NCBI GenBank assembly: GCA_001303785.1
Contig: LJUJ01000009.1
Location: 43,569-107,568 of the forward strand
Origin: a candidate division WOR_3 bacterium SM23_42
GTDB lineage: Bacteria > Hydrothermota > Tepidihabitantia > SM23-42
DNA: 64,000 nucleotides
Direction of reading: 5' to 3'
Below, one piece after another: positions 54,423-63,389 of the stretch (its first letter is position 1; each line of letters opens with the position of its first letter). The position numbers and the translations under genes are program-made. Below the pieces are notes generated by a model. The model was not told where the DNA came from. It did no database searches and saw nothing but the letters and a program-made list of their open reading frames with translations.

Positions 54423-54556
54423 AAAATACGAAGCACTGAATTCGAAATACTAAACAATACTAAATGACCAAAACACAAAATTCAAAACAGGTATTAGAAT
54501 TTAGAACATTTGGATTTTGAATTTGTTTCGGATTTCGATATTCGGACTTAGGATTT
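54423..54556 (+). repeat. Intergenic palindromic element, copy H (long-apex subtype)
   Basis: AAAATACGAAGCACTGAATTCGAAATACTAAACAATACTAAATGACCAAAACACAAAATTCAAAACAGGTATTAGAATTTAGAACATTTGGATTTTGAATTTGTTTCGGATTTCGATATTCGGACTTAGGATTT. Confidence 0.85.
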
Positions 54557-54574
54557 GCTCAGAAAGGAGCTATT

Positions 54575-55822
54575 ATGTCTTTTTTCAGAAAGAAAGTATA
54601 TGCTTGCGCCGGATTCTATACTGTTTCATTGGGGACCGGGAGAAAGGAATTTCATCCTAAGAAACCACGTCCGGGTCTTGAGCATTACATCAAGGATGCC
54701 GGACTCGGGTCGATCGAACAGATAAGAAACCCCGAACATATTGATGAAGGGGTCATTGGGAATTTTGTAGCCGCAAGATTCTGCCATCAAGGCAATCTCG
54801 GCGGTTTCTTCCCCTATATACACGATACTTTCCAATACAAGCCTTGCGTGCGGGTTGAGGGCGCATGTGATTCAGGAGGCTTGGCACTAGTTGCTGCGGT
54901 TAAGACGATTCTTGCTGACCTGGCTGATTCGGTATTGTGCATTGGTGTTGAAGTGCAAAACTCGGTGAAGGCGGTCTATGGTGCAGACTACCTTGCCGCT
55001 GCGGGCTGGTACTCGGGAGAGAGAAAGAAGGGGCATGCTTATTTCTTCCCGGATCAGTTCTCGCAGCGTGCGGGTGCTTGTTTTGACAAATTCGGTTTTG
55101 AGAAATTCCGTCCTGGTATGGCTCAGTGGTATGTTAACGCAATCGAAAACGCTCGTAAGAATCCCAAAGCACAAGAATACCACAACAGGAATTCCGACCT
55201 ACACGCGACTGGAATGACATCGCCAAACCCAAAGGCGTTTTGTGAATATATCAATGTTTTTGATTGTTCAAAGGTATCGGATGGTGGCGCCGCACTTATT
55301 TTTGCTTCCGAAGAAGGCTTGAAAAAAATCGGCGTGGACAAAAAAGATGCCGTCGAAGTTGTTGCATACGCCCAGGTCCAGGATAACCTAACTACACCAC
55401 CACCTGATTTGACTAAGTTGACGACTTGCGAGATTGCCGCAAAGCGAGCATACGAGCGGGCGAATATACAACCGAAAGACCTCTGTGTATTAGACGTTCA
55501 TGACTGCTTCACGGTTGCTGGTTTGTTGGCGGTTGAGGCCGCAGGTTTCGCGGGTTACGGTGAAGGCGCTGATTTCGTGAAGGATGGTAATACAAAGCTT
55601 GATGGAACCATACCCACCAATACGTCGGGCGGTTTAATTGGGTACGGTCATCCAACCGGCGCGACCGGGGTCAGACAGGCAGTAGATGTTGTGCATCAAC
55701 TATCTAGTAGGGCCGGTGACTATCAGGTACGGATCAGCGCTGATAGACCGTATGGTATGATATCAAGCATGGGCGGTAATGACAAGACCGTGGTGGCCAT
55801 GATATTCAGAAAGACTGAATAG
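54575..55822 (+). CDS. Thiolase-domain protein (SCP-x-type acetyl-CoA acyltransferase)
   Basis: 415 aa with nucleophile context VEGACDSGGLA and the C-terminal motifs DVHDCFTVAG and GHPTGATG. Confidence 0.85.
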   Translation: MSFFRKKVYACAGFYTVSLGTGRKEFHPKKPRPGLEHYIKDAGLGSIEQIRNPEHIDEGVIGNFVAARFCHQGNLGGFFPYIHDTFQYKPCVRVEGACDSGGLALVAAVKTILADLADSVLCIGVEVQNSVKAVYGADYLAAAGWYSGERKKGHAYFFPDQFSQRAGACFDKFGFEKFRPGMAQWYVNAIENARKNPKAQEYHNRNSDLHATGMTSPNPKAFCEYINVFDCSKVSDGGAALIFASEEGLKKIGVDKKDAVEVVAYAQVQDNLTTPPPDLTKLTTCEIAAKRAYERANIQPKDLCVLDVHDCFTVAGLLAVEAAGFAGYGEGADFVKDGNTKLDGTIPTNTSGGLIGYGHPTGATGVRQAVDVVHQLSSRAGDYQVRISADRPYGMISSMGGNDKTVVAMIFRKTE

Positions 55823-55839
55823 TCCAGAATGGGATTCTG

Positions 55840-56544
55840 ATGATCGTCGGCAGGAAGTTCTATCAACTCACTGAGATTGGTTCCACTAACGATTATGTCA
55901 AGAGCGAACTCAGTGATGCACCAGAAGGAACTGTAGTCATTGCTGATGTTCAGACCGCAGGCAAGGGAAGAATGGGGCGGGATTGGTATTCCCCGGAAGG
56001 CGGCTTATGGATGTCGGTTTTACTCCAGCACAGCGAAAATTGCCTGATTCCATTGACGGCCGGCGTTGCGATATGTGAGGCATTTCATAACTACAGCATT
56101 AGACCAAACATCAAATGGCCTAATGATATATTGCTGCATGGTAAGAAAGTTGCCGGCATCTTGACGGAGGTCATTGACGACAGGGTCATATTGGGCATGG
56201 GTATTAATCTGAATGTTCGCCAGTTCCCGGACGATTTAATAGGCAGGGCGAGTTCTGTACTCATTGAGACCAGGAAGCATTTTGACGCGCAAGCGTTCTG
56301 CCAGCATCTGTGTAAAACACTCGATGAGAATTATAGGATCTTAAAAGATGAACAGGTTGATACATTACTTGCCAAATGGCGTAACTACTCGGTAATGCTT
56401 GGCCGCGATGTGACAATCAAGCTTCCCGATAGAACGGTATTTGGCCGGGTATTGGATATCGACCGGCGGGGCGCTTTGATCGTCGTGCGTGCCGATTATG
56501 GCGTTGAGCATATTATCGCAGGCGAATGTAGATTGTTGAACTGA
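55840..56544 (+). CDS. birA: Biotin--[acetyl-CoA-carboxylase] ligase (group I, no HTH domain)
   Basis: 234 aa with the signature QTAGKGRMGRDWYSPEGGLWMS and KWPNDIL..GKKVAGILTE. Confidence 0.88.
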   Translation: MIVGRKFYQLTEIGSTNDYVKSELSDAPEGTVVIADVQTAGKGRMGRDWYSPEGGLWMSVLLQHSENCLIPLTAGVAICEAFHNYSIRPNIKWPNDILLHGKKVAGILTEVIDDRVILGMGINLNVRQFPDDLIGRASSVLIETRKHFDAQAFCQHLCKTLDENYRILKDEQVDTLLAKWRNYSVMLGRDVTIKLPDRTVFGRVLDIDRRGALIVVRADYGVEHIIAGECRLLN

Positions 56545-56595
56545 TAAAGAAGGAATAGTTGTTATATTTTTCGGATTTTTCATGAGACATAAGAT

Positions 56596-57105
56596 ATGAT
56601 ACAAATCTACACGGGTAACGGAAAAGGGAAAACAACTGCAGCTCTGGGTCTCGCCATGCGTGCTGCAGGTCACGGCATGAAGGTGATCGTCATACAGTTC
56701 ATGAAGGGAAAGATCAATTATGGTGAGTTACAGGCTGTGAAGATGATTTCGGGTATTACAATCGAACAATATGGCCGAGCTGATTTCGTTGACCATGATA
56801 ATCCGGATCCAGAAGACATACGTCTGGCTCAAGAAGGACTGAAGCGCGCCGAGGAAACGATCATTTCCAAGGACTATGACTTGGTCATCCTTGACGAGAT
56901 AAACGTAGCCGTTGATTTCGGTCTGATCCGGGTTGCAGATGTAGTCACGTTGTGCAATAAGAAACCCGAGGAAGTAGAATTAGTGCTCACCGGCCGGTAT
57001 ATGCCCGAAGAATTAGCAGAGTGTGCCGATCTTATCACCGAGTGTCGTGAGCTAAAACACTATTTCCAGAAGGGTGTGCGGGCGAGAAAGGGTTTTGATT
57101 ACTAG
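56596..57105 (+). CDS. cobO: Cob(I)yrinic acid a,c-diamide adenosyltransferase (CobA/CobO/BtuR type)
   Basis: 169 aa with IQIYTGNGKGKTTAALGLAMRAAGHG..V.VIQFMKG and LVILDEI. Confidence 0.85.
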   Translation: MIQIYTGNGKGKTTAALGLAMRAAGHGMKVIVIQFMKGKINYGELQAVKMISGITIEQYGRADFVDHDNPDPEDIRLAQEGLKRAEETIISKDYDLVILDEINVAVDFGLIRVADVVTLCNKKPEEVELVLTGRYMPEELAECADLITECRELKHYFQKGVRARKGFDY

Positions 57106-57150
57106 GATTGACACAGCAGCTTATTTGCGTAGAATAGGCAAGGAGGTCTA

Positions 57151-57336
57151 ATGATAGTTCCCCTTGAGAAAATTTGGCACAAATTCCAGAACAAGTACAA
57201 GGCAATAAATATTGCGTCTTTGGAAGCGAGGAGGTTGAAGGAAGAGCAAGGTAAAGGGCTCGTGGACGAAAAAATGAATCCAGTTTTGGAATCAATAAGA
57301 AAGCTGTTGGGTGGGAAGATCAAGTATAACGAATGA
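57151..57336 (+). CDS. rpoZ: DNA-directed RNA polymerase subunit omega
   Basis: 61 aa. NKYKAINIASLEARRL resembles the RpoZ core. It lies immediately upstream of coaBC with an ATGA overlap, which is the classic rpoZ-coaBC arrangement. Confidence 0.65.
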   Translation: MIVPLEKIWHKFQNKYKAINIASLEARRLKEEQGKGLVDEKMNPVLESIRKLLGGKIKYNE

Positions 57337-58505
57337 AGGTATTGTTGGGCGTATGTGGCTCAATTGCAGCCTACAAATCCCTTGAGTTAGCCAGATTGCT
57401 GCAGAAGCAGGGTGCTGAGGTGCGCTTTTTGCTTACAAAATCAGCACAGCATTTTGTCACCCCGCTAACCTGTCAGACATTATCGAAAAACGAAGTGTAT
57501 GAAGAGCAGTTTGTGTTGACCAAGGGTATTAAGCATTTGACCCTATCCGAGTGGTCAGATATTTTTGTCGTTGCCCCGGCAACGGCCAACATCGTTGGCA
57601 AGGCAGCCTGTGGCATTGGTGATGATCTTTTGTCAACAACACTACTTTCATTCACTAAACCGGTACTTTTTGTGCCGGCAATGGATCAGGGCATGTGGGA
57701 TAATGCGATAGTCCAGAAGAACGTCATGATTTTGCGTGGTCACGGGTTTCATTTCTTGGAGCCAAGCGTCGGTGTGCTTGCTTCAGGCAAGATTGGACGT
57801 GGGCGGTTTCCTTCAATCGAAACTATTCTGAAAAAAATCGTTGCCGTGTTTGAGGGGCGATGTTCATTGAACAACACTAATTTCCTGGTCACAGGCGGGC
57901 GGACCGAGGAAGATCTCGACCCGGTGCGGGTCGTGACAAACCGTTCTTCTGGGCTAATGGCCGCCGAGTTGATGCGCGCGATTTATTGTCGTAATGGCAA
58001 TGTGAGGGGCATTATTGGTGAAGTGGCGTGTACATTGCCCGAGGAGGTTGAGATAACAAGGGTACGCACAGCCAATGAAATGTCCGGTGCGCTCAGCAAA
58101 AACTTCGGCTGGTGTGATTGCTTGATCATGGCCGCCGCAGTTGGCGATTACAGGCCGAAGCGCGGGAGTTCAACCAAGATACATGATGCGGCGTATAGAG
58201 TGGATCTTGAGAAGAACGTGGATCTGACTAAAGAAGTGACGAGGCAGAAGGCGGGGCGAGTTGTGGTGGGTTTTTCTCTTGAAGATAAGAATCAAGTGCA
58301 GCGCGCGAGAGAAAAGATGAAGAGCAAGAGATTGGATTATGTTGTGATGAATTCATCTTCAGCAGTTGGAGATACGCGCATCAGGGCGAGCATACTGAAG
58401 CCTAAGGGCAAGCCGATTGTATGCGAGGAGCAAACAAAATGGCAGTTGGCAAACAGAATCCTCGACGAGTGTTTGCCGCAACTAGCACGTCGGAAAAAGA
58501 AGTAG
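57333..58505 (+). CDS. coaBC: Bifunctional phosphopantothenoylcysteine decarboxylase / phosphopantothenate--cysteine ligase
   Basis: 390 aa. N-terminal flavoprotein domain (LLGVCGSIAAYKS...VAPATANIVGK). C-terminal CoaB domain (VTGGRTEEDLDPVR..TNRSSG, AAAVGDYRP). Confidence 0.9.
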   Translation: MKVLLGVCGSIAAYKSLELARLLQKQGAEVRFLLTKSAQHFVTPLTCQTLSKNEVYEEQFVLTKGIKHLTLSEWSDIFVVAPATANIVGKAACGIGDDLLSTTLLSFTKPVLFVPAMDQGMWDNAIVQKNVMILRGHGFHFLEPSVGVLASGKIGRGRFPSIETILKKIVAVFEGRCSLNNTNFLVTGGRTEEDLDPVRVVTNRSSGLMAAELMRAIYCRNGNVRGIIGEVACTLPEEVEITRVRTANEMSGALSKNFGWCDCLIMAAAVGDYRPKRGSSTKIHDAAYRVDLEKNVDLTKEVTRQKAGRVVVGFSLEDKNQVQRAREKMKSKRLDYVVMNSSSAVGDTRIRASILKPKGKPIVCEEQTKWQLANRILDECLPQLARRKKK

Positions 58506-58508
58506 TAT

Positions 58509-59870
58509 ATGGAAGAGAAAAACATCCCTCCTCATTCCCTTGAGGCCGAAGAATCAGTCCTGGGTGCAATACTTCTCGACTCAAATGCACTGCCTAAGGC
58601 GATGGAGATACTGAACGAAGAACACTTCTATCAGGCGGCAAATCAAAAGATATACCGGGCCATTCTTCATCTTTTTAACCGAAACGTGACCTCGGATCTT
58701 GTGACGGTTACTGACTGGCTAAAGCAGAACAAAATGCTTGATGAGGTAGGTGGTCCTGAATACCTTTCTAATCTGGTAGCCAATGTCCTCACAACGGCAA
58801 ATATCGAACACCACGCGCGTGTGGTATTGGATAAAGCGATAAAGCGTAACGTCATTCATGTATCAATGGAGATGCTGAAGAATAGTTTTGAAGATAGCCA
58901 GACCGCCGCAGAATTGGTTGATTATGCGCAGAATACTGTCTTCCAGATCAAGGAGAAAGGGCTGCGCAAAGAGCCGGTTAGCATTAGGGGTTACATTACT
59001 AAAATCATAGAGACTGCCGAATCGATGCGTGGGGCAAGGATGGTGACCGGTGTTGAAACAGGATATTATGAACTCGACGAAATAACATCTGGATTGCAGA
59101 AGGGCGATTTCATTGTGGTTGCGGGAAGGCCGTCGATGGGGAAGACCGCGTTTGTCCTCAATGTCGCTGCTTTCGCGGCGATTAAGAACAACCTCCCAAT
59201 CGGTATCTTTTCGGTAGAAATGTCTGGCGAGGCACTGGTGCAGAGGCTGTTGTGCAGTGAAGCGAAGGTTAGTCTGAGAAATCTTCGTAGGGGTATGCTG
59301 CGCAATGAGGATTGGGTGAACCTCGCTACTGCGGCCGGTAATCTTGACAAGGCTCCGATCTTCATCGATGACTCTGCCCAGCTTTCGATTTATGAGCTGA
59401 AGGCGAAAGCCCGGCGTCTGAAGGCTGATTACAACATCGAGATGTTGATTGTTGACTATCTTCAGCTGTTGGAAGGGCCAAAAATCGCCCGAGCAGTATC
59501 GAGACAGCAGGAAATTTCTGAAATATCAAGGTCGCTTAAAGCTTTGGCCAAGGAACTGGACTGTCCTCTGGTTGTGGTCTCCCAGTTGTCGAGAATGCCG
59601 GAACATCGAGAGCATAAGAGACCCATTCTGGCTGACCTGCGCGAGAGTGGTGCTATTGAGCAGGATGCCGACGTGGTCATTTTCATTTACCGCGATGAGG
59701 TCTATGACCCACAGACCGAGAAGAAGGGTATTGCCGAGATAAACGTGGCGAAGCAGCGTAATGGGCCCACTGGCATCCTCGAGTTAGGATTCTATAATGA
59801 GTATACGCAGTTTGCTAATTTGACTCTGAGAGAAGAAGAGATCGTTGAGGAGCCGGGTGAACCTTTTTAA
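58509..59870 (+). CDS. dnaB: Replicative DNA helicase
   Basis: 453 aa with PPHSLEAEESVLGAILLD, Walker A AGRPSMGKTAF, IVDYLQL, SQLSR, RESGAIEQDADVV. Confidence 0.95.
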   Translation: MEEKNIPPHSLEAEESVLGAILLDSNALPKAMEILNEEHFYQAANQKIYRAILHLFNRNVTSDLVTVTDWLKQNKMLDEVGGPEYLSNLVANVLTTANIEHHARVVLDKAIKRNVIHVSMEMLKNSFEDSQTAAELVDYAQNTVFQIKEKGLRKEPVSIRGYITKIIETAESMRGARMVTGVETGYYELDEITSGLQKGDFIVVAGRPSMGKTAFVLNVAAFAAIKNNLPIGIFSVEMSGEALVQRLLCSEAKVSLRNLRRGMLRNEDWVNLATAAGNLDKAPIFIDDSAQLSIYELKAKARRLKADYNIEMLIVDYLQLLEGPKIARAVSRQQEISEISRSLKALAKELDCPLVVVSQLSRMPEHREHKRPILADLRESGAIEQDADVVIFIYRDEVYDPQTEKKGIAEINVAKQRNGPTGILELGFYNEYTQFANLTLREEEIVEEPGEPF

Positions 59871-60594
59871 CGCAATCGGCGATTATTCTTCTTTCTTTTT
59901 CCGTAGCATATTTATCCCTTGGCAGTTAAAGCAAACGGGGTATCGGATATTGCGTCAAGTCTATGAGGTGGGCATCAACTCTCTACCGATTATTCTGCTC
60001 ATCGCTGCCTTTGTCGGGTTAGTATCCGTCGTGCAGACTTCTTATCAGATTGCGGGCACAATGCCCCGATACATTCTCGGCGCTACTGTTGGCCGCATGG
60101 TCATGATTGAATTGGGGCCGATTCTTACTGCACTCATGGTTAGTGGTCGCTGTGCTTCCTCAATGGCTGCTGAGATTGGTACCATGCGTGTAACCGAACA
60201 GATCGACGCACTAGAAATCATGGCGATTGACCCATACCGATTTCTGAATTTACCGAGGATCGTTGGTACTTTCATCGCGCTCCCTCTACTCACCGTGATC
60301 GCCGAGTTCGATGCGTTGATTGTGAGTAGTACATACGCTCATTACTTCCTGGATGTACCTTTTGATGTTTTCAACTATGGTCTCACGCACTACTTCTACA
60401 CAAGGGAATTCTTTGGTGGTCTGGTTAAGGCTTTTTTCTTTTCAGGTGTTATCGCAACGTCGGGTTGCTATTTTGGCTTTAAGGTTCGCGGTGGAGCACG
60501 TGAGGTGGGCAGAGCGGCTACTCATGCGGTCGTCACTGCTTCGATTCTCGTGCTTGTGTTGGATTTTTTGGTTGCCCTGGTGATATTTGGATGA
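59845..60594 (+). CDS. mlaE: MlaE-family ABC transporter permease
   Basis: 249 aa, polytopic, with conserved MlaE segments (ELGPILTALMVSGRCASSMAAEIGTMRVTEQIDAL). The start codon is uncertain (TTG 59845 or GTG 59857). Confidence 0.8.
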   Translation: MRSRVNLFNAIGDYSSFFFRSIFIPWQLKQTGYRILRQVYEVGINSLPIILLIAAFVGLVSVVQTSYQIAGTMPRYILGATVGRMVMIELGPILTALMVSGRCASSMAAEIGTMRVTEQIDALEIMAIDPYRFLNLPRIVGTFIALPLLTVIAEFDALIVSSTYAHYFLDVPFDVFNYGLTHYFYTREFFGGLVKAFFFSGVIATSGCYFGFKVRGGAREVGRAATHAVVTASILVLVLDFLVALVIFG

Positions 60595-61277
60595 TTGAGG
60601 TAAAGGATTTATCGAAGCGATTTGATTCTCTGGTTGTCCTCGACCGCGTGACTTTTCAGATAAGCGATGCGAGCCTGGTTGTGGTACTCGGACCGTCGGG
60701 TACGGGCAAGAGCGTACTGTTGAAGGCGATGTTGGGTCTCATGCCGGTAGACGGCGGAGAGGTACTGTTTGATGAGAAGTCAATCCAGACGGCGAGCGAG
60801 CTTGAGATTTACAACATAAGAAAAAAGGTGGGTTTTGTGTTCCAGGGTACTGCTTTGTTCGACTCGATGAATGTCTGCGATAATATTGCGTTGCCGCTGA
60901 TTGAACATACCCGTCTTTCATCAAAGGAAGTGAAAGATCGTGTTTGTCATCTTCTGGATGTCGTTGGCATGGCAGGCAAGGCGCATCTTTATCCGCAATC
61001 GCTTTCAGGTGGTATGAAACGTCTCGTCGCCGTAGCGCGTGCGTTGGCCTTGAAGCCTAAGTATCTTTTTTATGATGAACCGACAACCGGTCTTGATCCA
61101 ATCATGACCGATAGAGTCGTCGCGCTAATCAAGAACTTGAAACAGAGCCATACTAATAGCGGAATTGTCGTGACGCATGATTTGGACACGGCCAGAGCTG
61201 TGGGCGATGAAATATATATGCTCAAGAAAGGGCGCATGAACAAGCTCACAAAAATTGAAAAGGAACTTTATGACTAG
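60591..61277 (+). CDS. mlaF: ABC transporter ATP-binding protein (MlaF-like)
   Basis: 228 aa with Walker A GPSGTGKS, signature LSGGMKR, Walker B LFYDEPT. Confidence 0.88.
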   Translation: MIEVKDLSKRFDSLVVLDRVTFQISDASLVVVLGPSGTGKSVLLKAMLGLMPVDGGEVLFDEKSIQTASELEIYNIRKKVGFVFQGTALFDSMNVCDNIALPLIEHTRLSSKEVKDRVCHLLDVVGMAGKAHLYPQSLSGGMKRLVAVARALALKPKYLFYDEPTTGLDPIMTDRVVALIKNLKQSHTNSGIVVTHDLDTARAVGDEIYMLKKGRMNKLTKIEKELYD

Positions 61278-61998
61278 AGGAATGAGAGAAAGTCTTGTTG
61301 GTATATTTGTCATTGTTGGCGTTATTATCTTCATAGCACTGTATACATGGCTATCCGGAAGACTCAGTTTGACTAACACCTACGATGCTGATGTATATTT
61401 CGAGGATGTCGAAGGATTGAGAGTTGGCGATCCGGCTTTCGTTTTCGGGATAGAAAAAGGAAAGGTAAAGTCATTAAAGATTGAGGGTGATCGGGTATTG
61501 GTTGTTCTGGCAATGGACAGCGATATCGTTCTCCCCGAGGACACGCGTTTTGTCATCCGCGCGGTGAGCTATATTGGTGCTGACAAATATGTCAAGGTAA
61601 CACCGGGTAAGAGTGACAATATTCCTGAGTTTTATATTGGCATGAGTGGCTCGCTCGAACTCGAGGCGGTGGTGAGCCAACTCGATAGTCTGATCACAAC
61701 ATTCAGCAAGATAGAGATTCCCGATCTAAATGAGGCGGTGGGCAAACTTTCCAGGGACATCACAAGGAATCTCGAACGCCTGTCATCCGTTGTCCGACAC
61801 CCAGTAGCCAGAATAGAGACACTTGTCATCAGAATGGATTCGATTTCGATGCTGTTGAAGGGCGATGGCACGATGGGTAAGCTGTTGCAGTCCGATGAGC
61901 TCTATGAAGAGATTAGGGAAACAAATCTTGCCTTGAAAGCACTCATTACAGATATCAATGAGAATCCCAAGAAATACTTACAAATAAAAGTATTCTAA
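61270..61998 (+). CDS. mlaD: MlaD/MCE-domain protein
   Basis: ATG at 61270 overlaps the mlaF stop. N-terminal TM helix, then an MCE domain (VYFEDVEGLRVGDPAFVFGIEKGKV). Confidence 0.75.
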   Translation: MTRGMRESLVGIFVIVGVIIFIALYTWLSGRLSLTNTYDADVYFEDVEGLRVGDPAFVFGIEKGKVKSLKIEGDRVLVVLAMDSDIVLPEDTRFVIRAVSYIGADKYVKVTPGKSDNIPEFYIGMSGSLELEAVVSQLDSLITTFSKIEIPDLNEAVGKLSRDITRNLERLSSVVRHPVARIETLVIRMDSISMLLKGDGTMGKLLQSDELYEEIRETNLALKALITDINENPKKYLQIKVF

Positions 61999-62026
61999 GT
62001 TTTTTGCTATATAGTGACCGAGTGAT

Positions 62027-63361
62027 ATGAAGACTAGATTCGTGTGTCAGAATTGTGGTGCCTACGCGCCGAAGTGGCTAGGAAAGTGTCATGAGTGTGG
62101 TGCGTACAACACAATGGTTGAAGAGCTCATTGAGAAAAAGATTGTGACTAATAAGACGCGACGTTCCAGACCGGTGTCAATACGGGATATTCCTTTTACA
62201 TCCAGGGATCGTCGTGCTGTTGGCATTTCAGAACTTGACCGCGTATTGGGCGGTGGTTTTGTCAAGGGCTCGCTAGTCTTATTGGGTGGAGACCCAGGTA
62301 TTGGCAAATCGACCCTGATGCTACAAATATCTGCGCTCATTGCTGAGAACGGCGGGCGTATTCTCTATGTGAGTGGTGAGGAGTCGCCTTATCAAATCCG
62401 CATCCGTGCCGAACGCCTGGAAAGCGCGGCTACAAACATTGATTTGCTCTCGGAGACCGAACTCGATGCAATCCTTGAGTCGGCAAGCGAGTTGAAACCA
62501 GAACTCATGGTGGTTGATTCGATACAAACAATATACAAACCCACTTTATCTTCGGCACCTGGCAGTGTTGCGCAGGTCAGGGAGTGTGGGGGCGACCTGA
62601 TGCGTTTTGCAAAAGAGAGAGATATTACTACTGTGTTGATTGGCCATGTGACGAAATTCGGTGCTATTGCAGGACCAAAGACGCTGGAACATCTCGTTGA
62701 TACGGTTCTCTATTTCGAAGGCGATAAAACCCAGCAGTATCGTATCCTGAGGGCGATCAAGAATCGCTTTGGTTCGACCAACGAAATTGGAGTATTTGAG
62801 ATGACCGAGGCGGGCTTGAGAGAAGTCGCGAATCCGTCGAGTCTGTTCATATCGGATTCAACGGCGTCAGGTTCTACAGTAACCTCGATAATCGAAGGCA
62901 GCAGACCCTTACTAGTTGAAGTGCAGGCCCTGACCAGCCCGGCTTCGTTCAATTATCCTCAGCGGGTGGCCACCGGTATTGATTATAAGCGATTGGCGAT
63001 GCTTCTTGCCGTTTTGGAAAGGCGTGTCGGCATCGGTGTCTGCACTGTGGATTGCTTTGTGAATGCCGTCGGTGGTATAAAAGTGGTTGAACCGTCATGC
63101 GATTTGGGATTGATTTTGGCCATCGCTTCTTCTATAAAAAACAAGGCGGTTGAGAAAGGCATCGTGGTAATCGGTGAGGTTGGTTTGGGTGGTGAGGTGA
63201 GGCCGGTTTATGGTTTGCAATCAAGGTTGAAGGAGGCCGAAAAACTGGGTTTCAAGACTGCAATTATCCCCCGTAAGGGTTTGCGTGATCGTGACAAATC
63301 CAAGATTGAAATTGTGGCAGTCGATGAAGTGAAAGATGCTGTAAAACTTACATTGGGTTGA
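62027..63361 (+). CDS. radA: DNA repair protein RadA
   Basis: 444 aa with Zn-ribbon CQNCGAYAPKWLGKCHECG, Walker A GGDPGIGKSTL, the KNRFG motif and a C-terminal Lon-like domain. Confidence 0.93.
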   Translation: MKTRFVCQNCGAYAPKWLGKCHECGAYNTMVEELIEKKIVTNKTRRSRPVSIRDIPFTSRDRRAVGISELDRVLGGGFVKGSLVLLGGDPGIGKSTLMLQISALIAENGGRILYVSGEESPYQIRIRAERLESAATNIDLLSETELDAILESASELKPELMVVDSIQTIYKPTLSSAPGSVAQVRECGGDLMRFAKERDITTVLIGHVTKFGAIAGPKTLEHLVDTVLYFEGDKTQQYRILRAIKNRFGSTNEIGVFEMTEAGLREVANPSSLFISDSTASGSTVTSIIEGSRPLLVEVQALTSPASFNYPQRVATGIDYKRLAMLLAVLERRVGIGVCTVDCFVNAVGGIKVVEPSCDLGLILAIASSIKNKAVEKGIVVIGEVGLGGEVRPVYGLQSRLKEAEKLGFKTAIIPRKGLRDRDKSKIEIVAVDEVKDAVKLTLG

Positions 63362-63389
63362 AACTTGTAGGAAAAGTTAGGAGGAAAAA

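Noticed and set aside
3185-54556. Whether the recurring ~130-nt repeats could be a CRISPR array or tandem repeat
   Set aside because: The copies are separated by whole genes (1-41 kb), are not regularly spaced, are internally palindromic over ~60 bp arms and are only ~70-85% similar to each other by eye. No cas genes are present.
57108-57135. Second sigma70-like promoter TTGACA(57108-57113)-16 nt-TAGAAT(57130-57135) upstream of rpoZ
   Set aside because: The match is good, but a start site 6-8 nt after the -10 box would fall inside the AGGAGG RBS (57141-57146) of rpoZ. I could not support it as a feature without start-site data.
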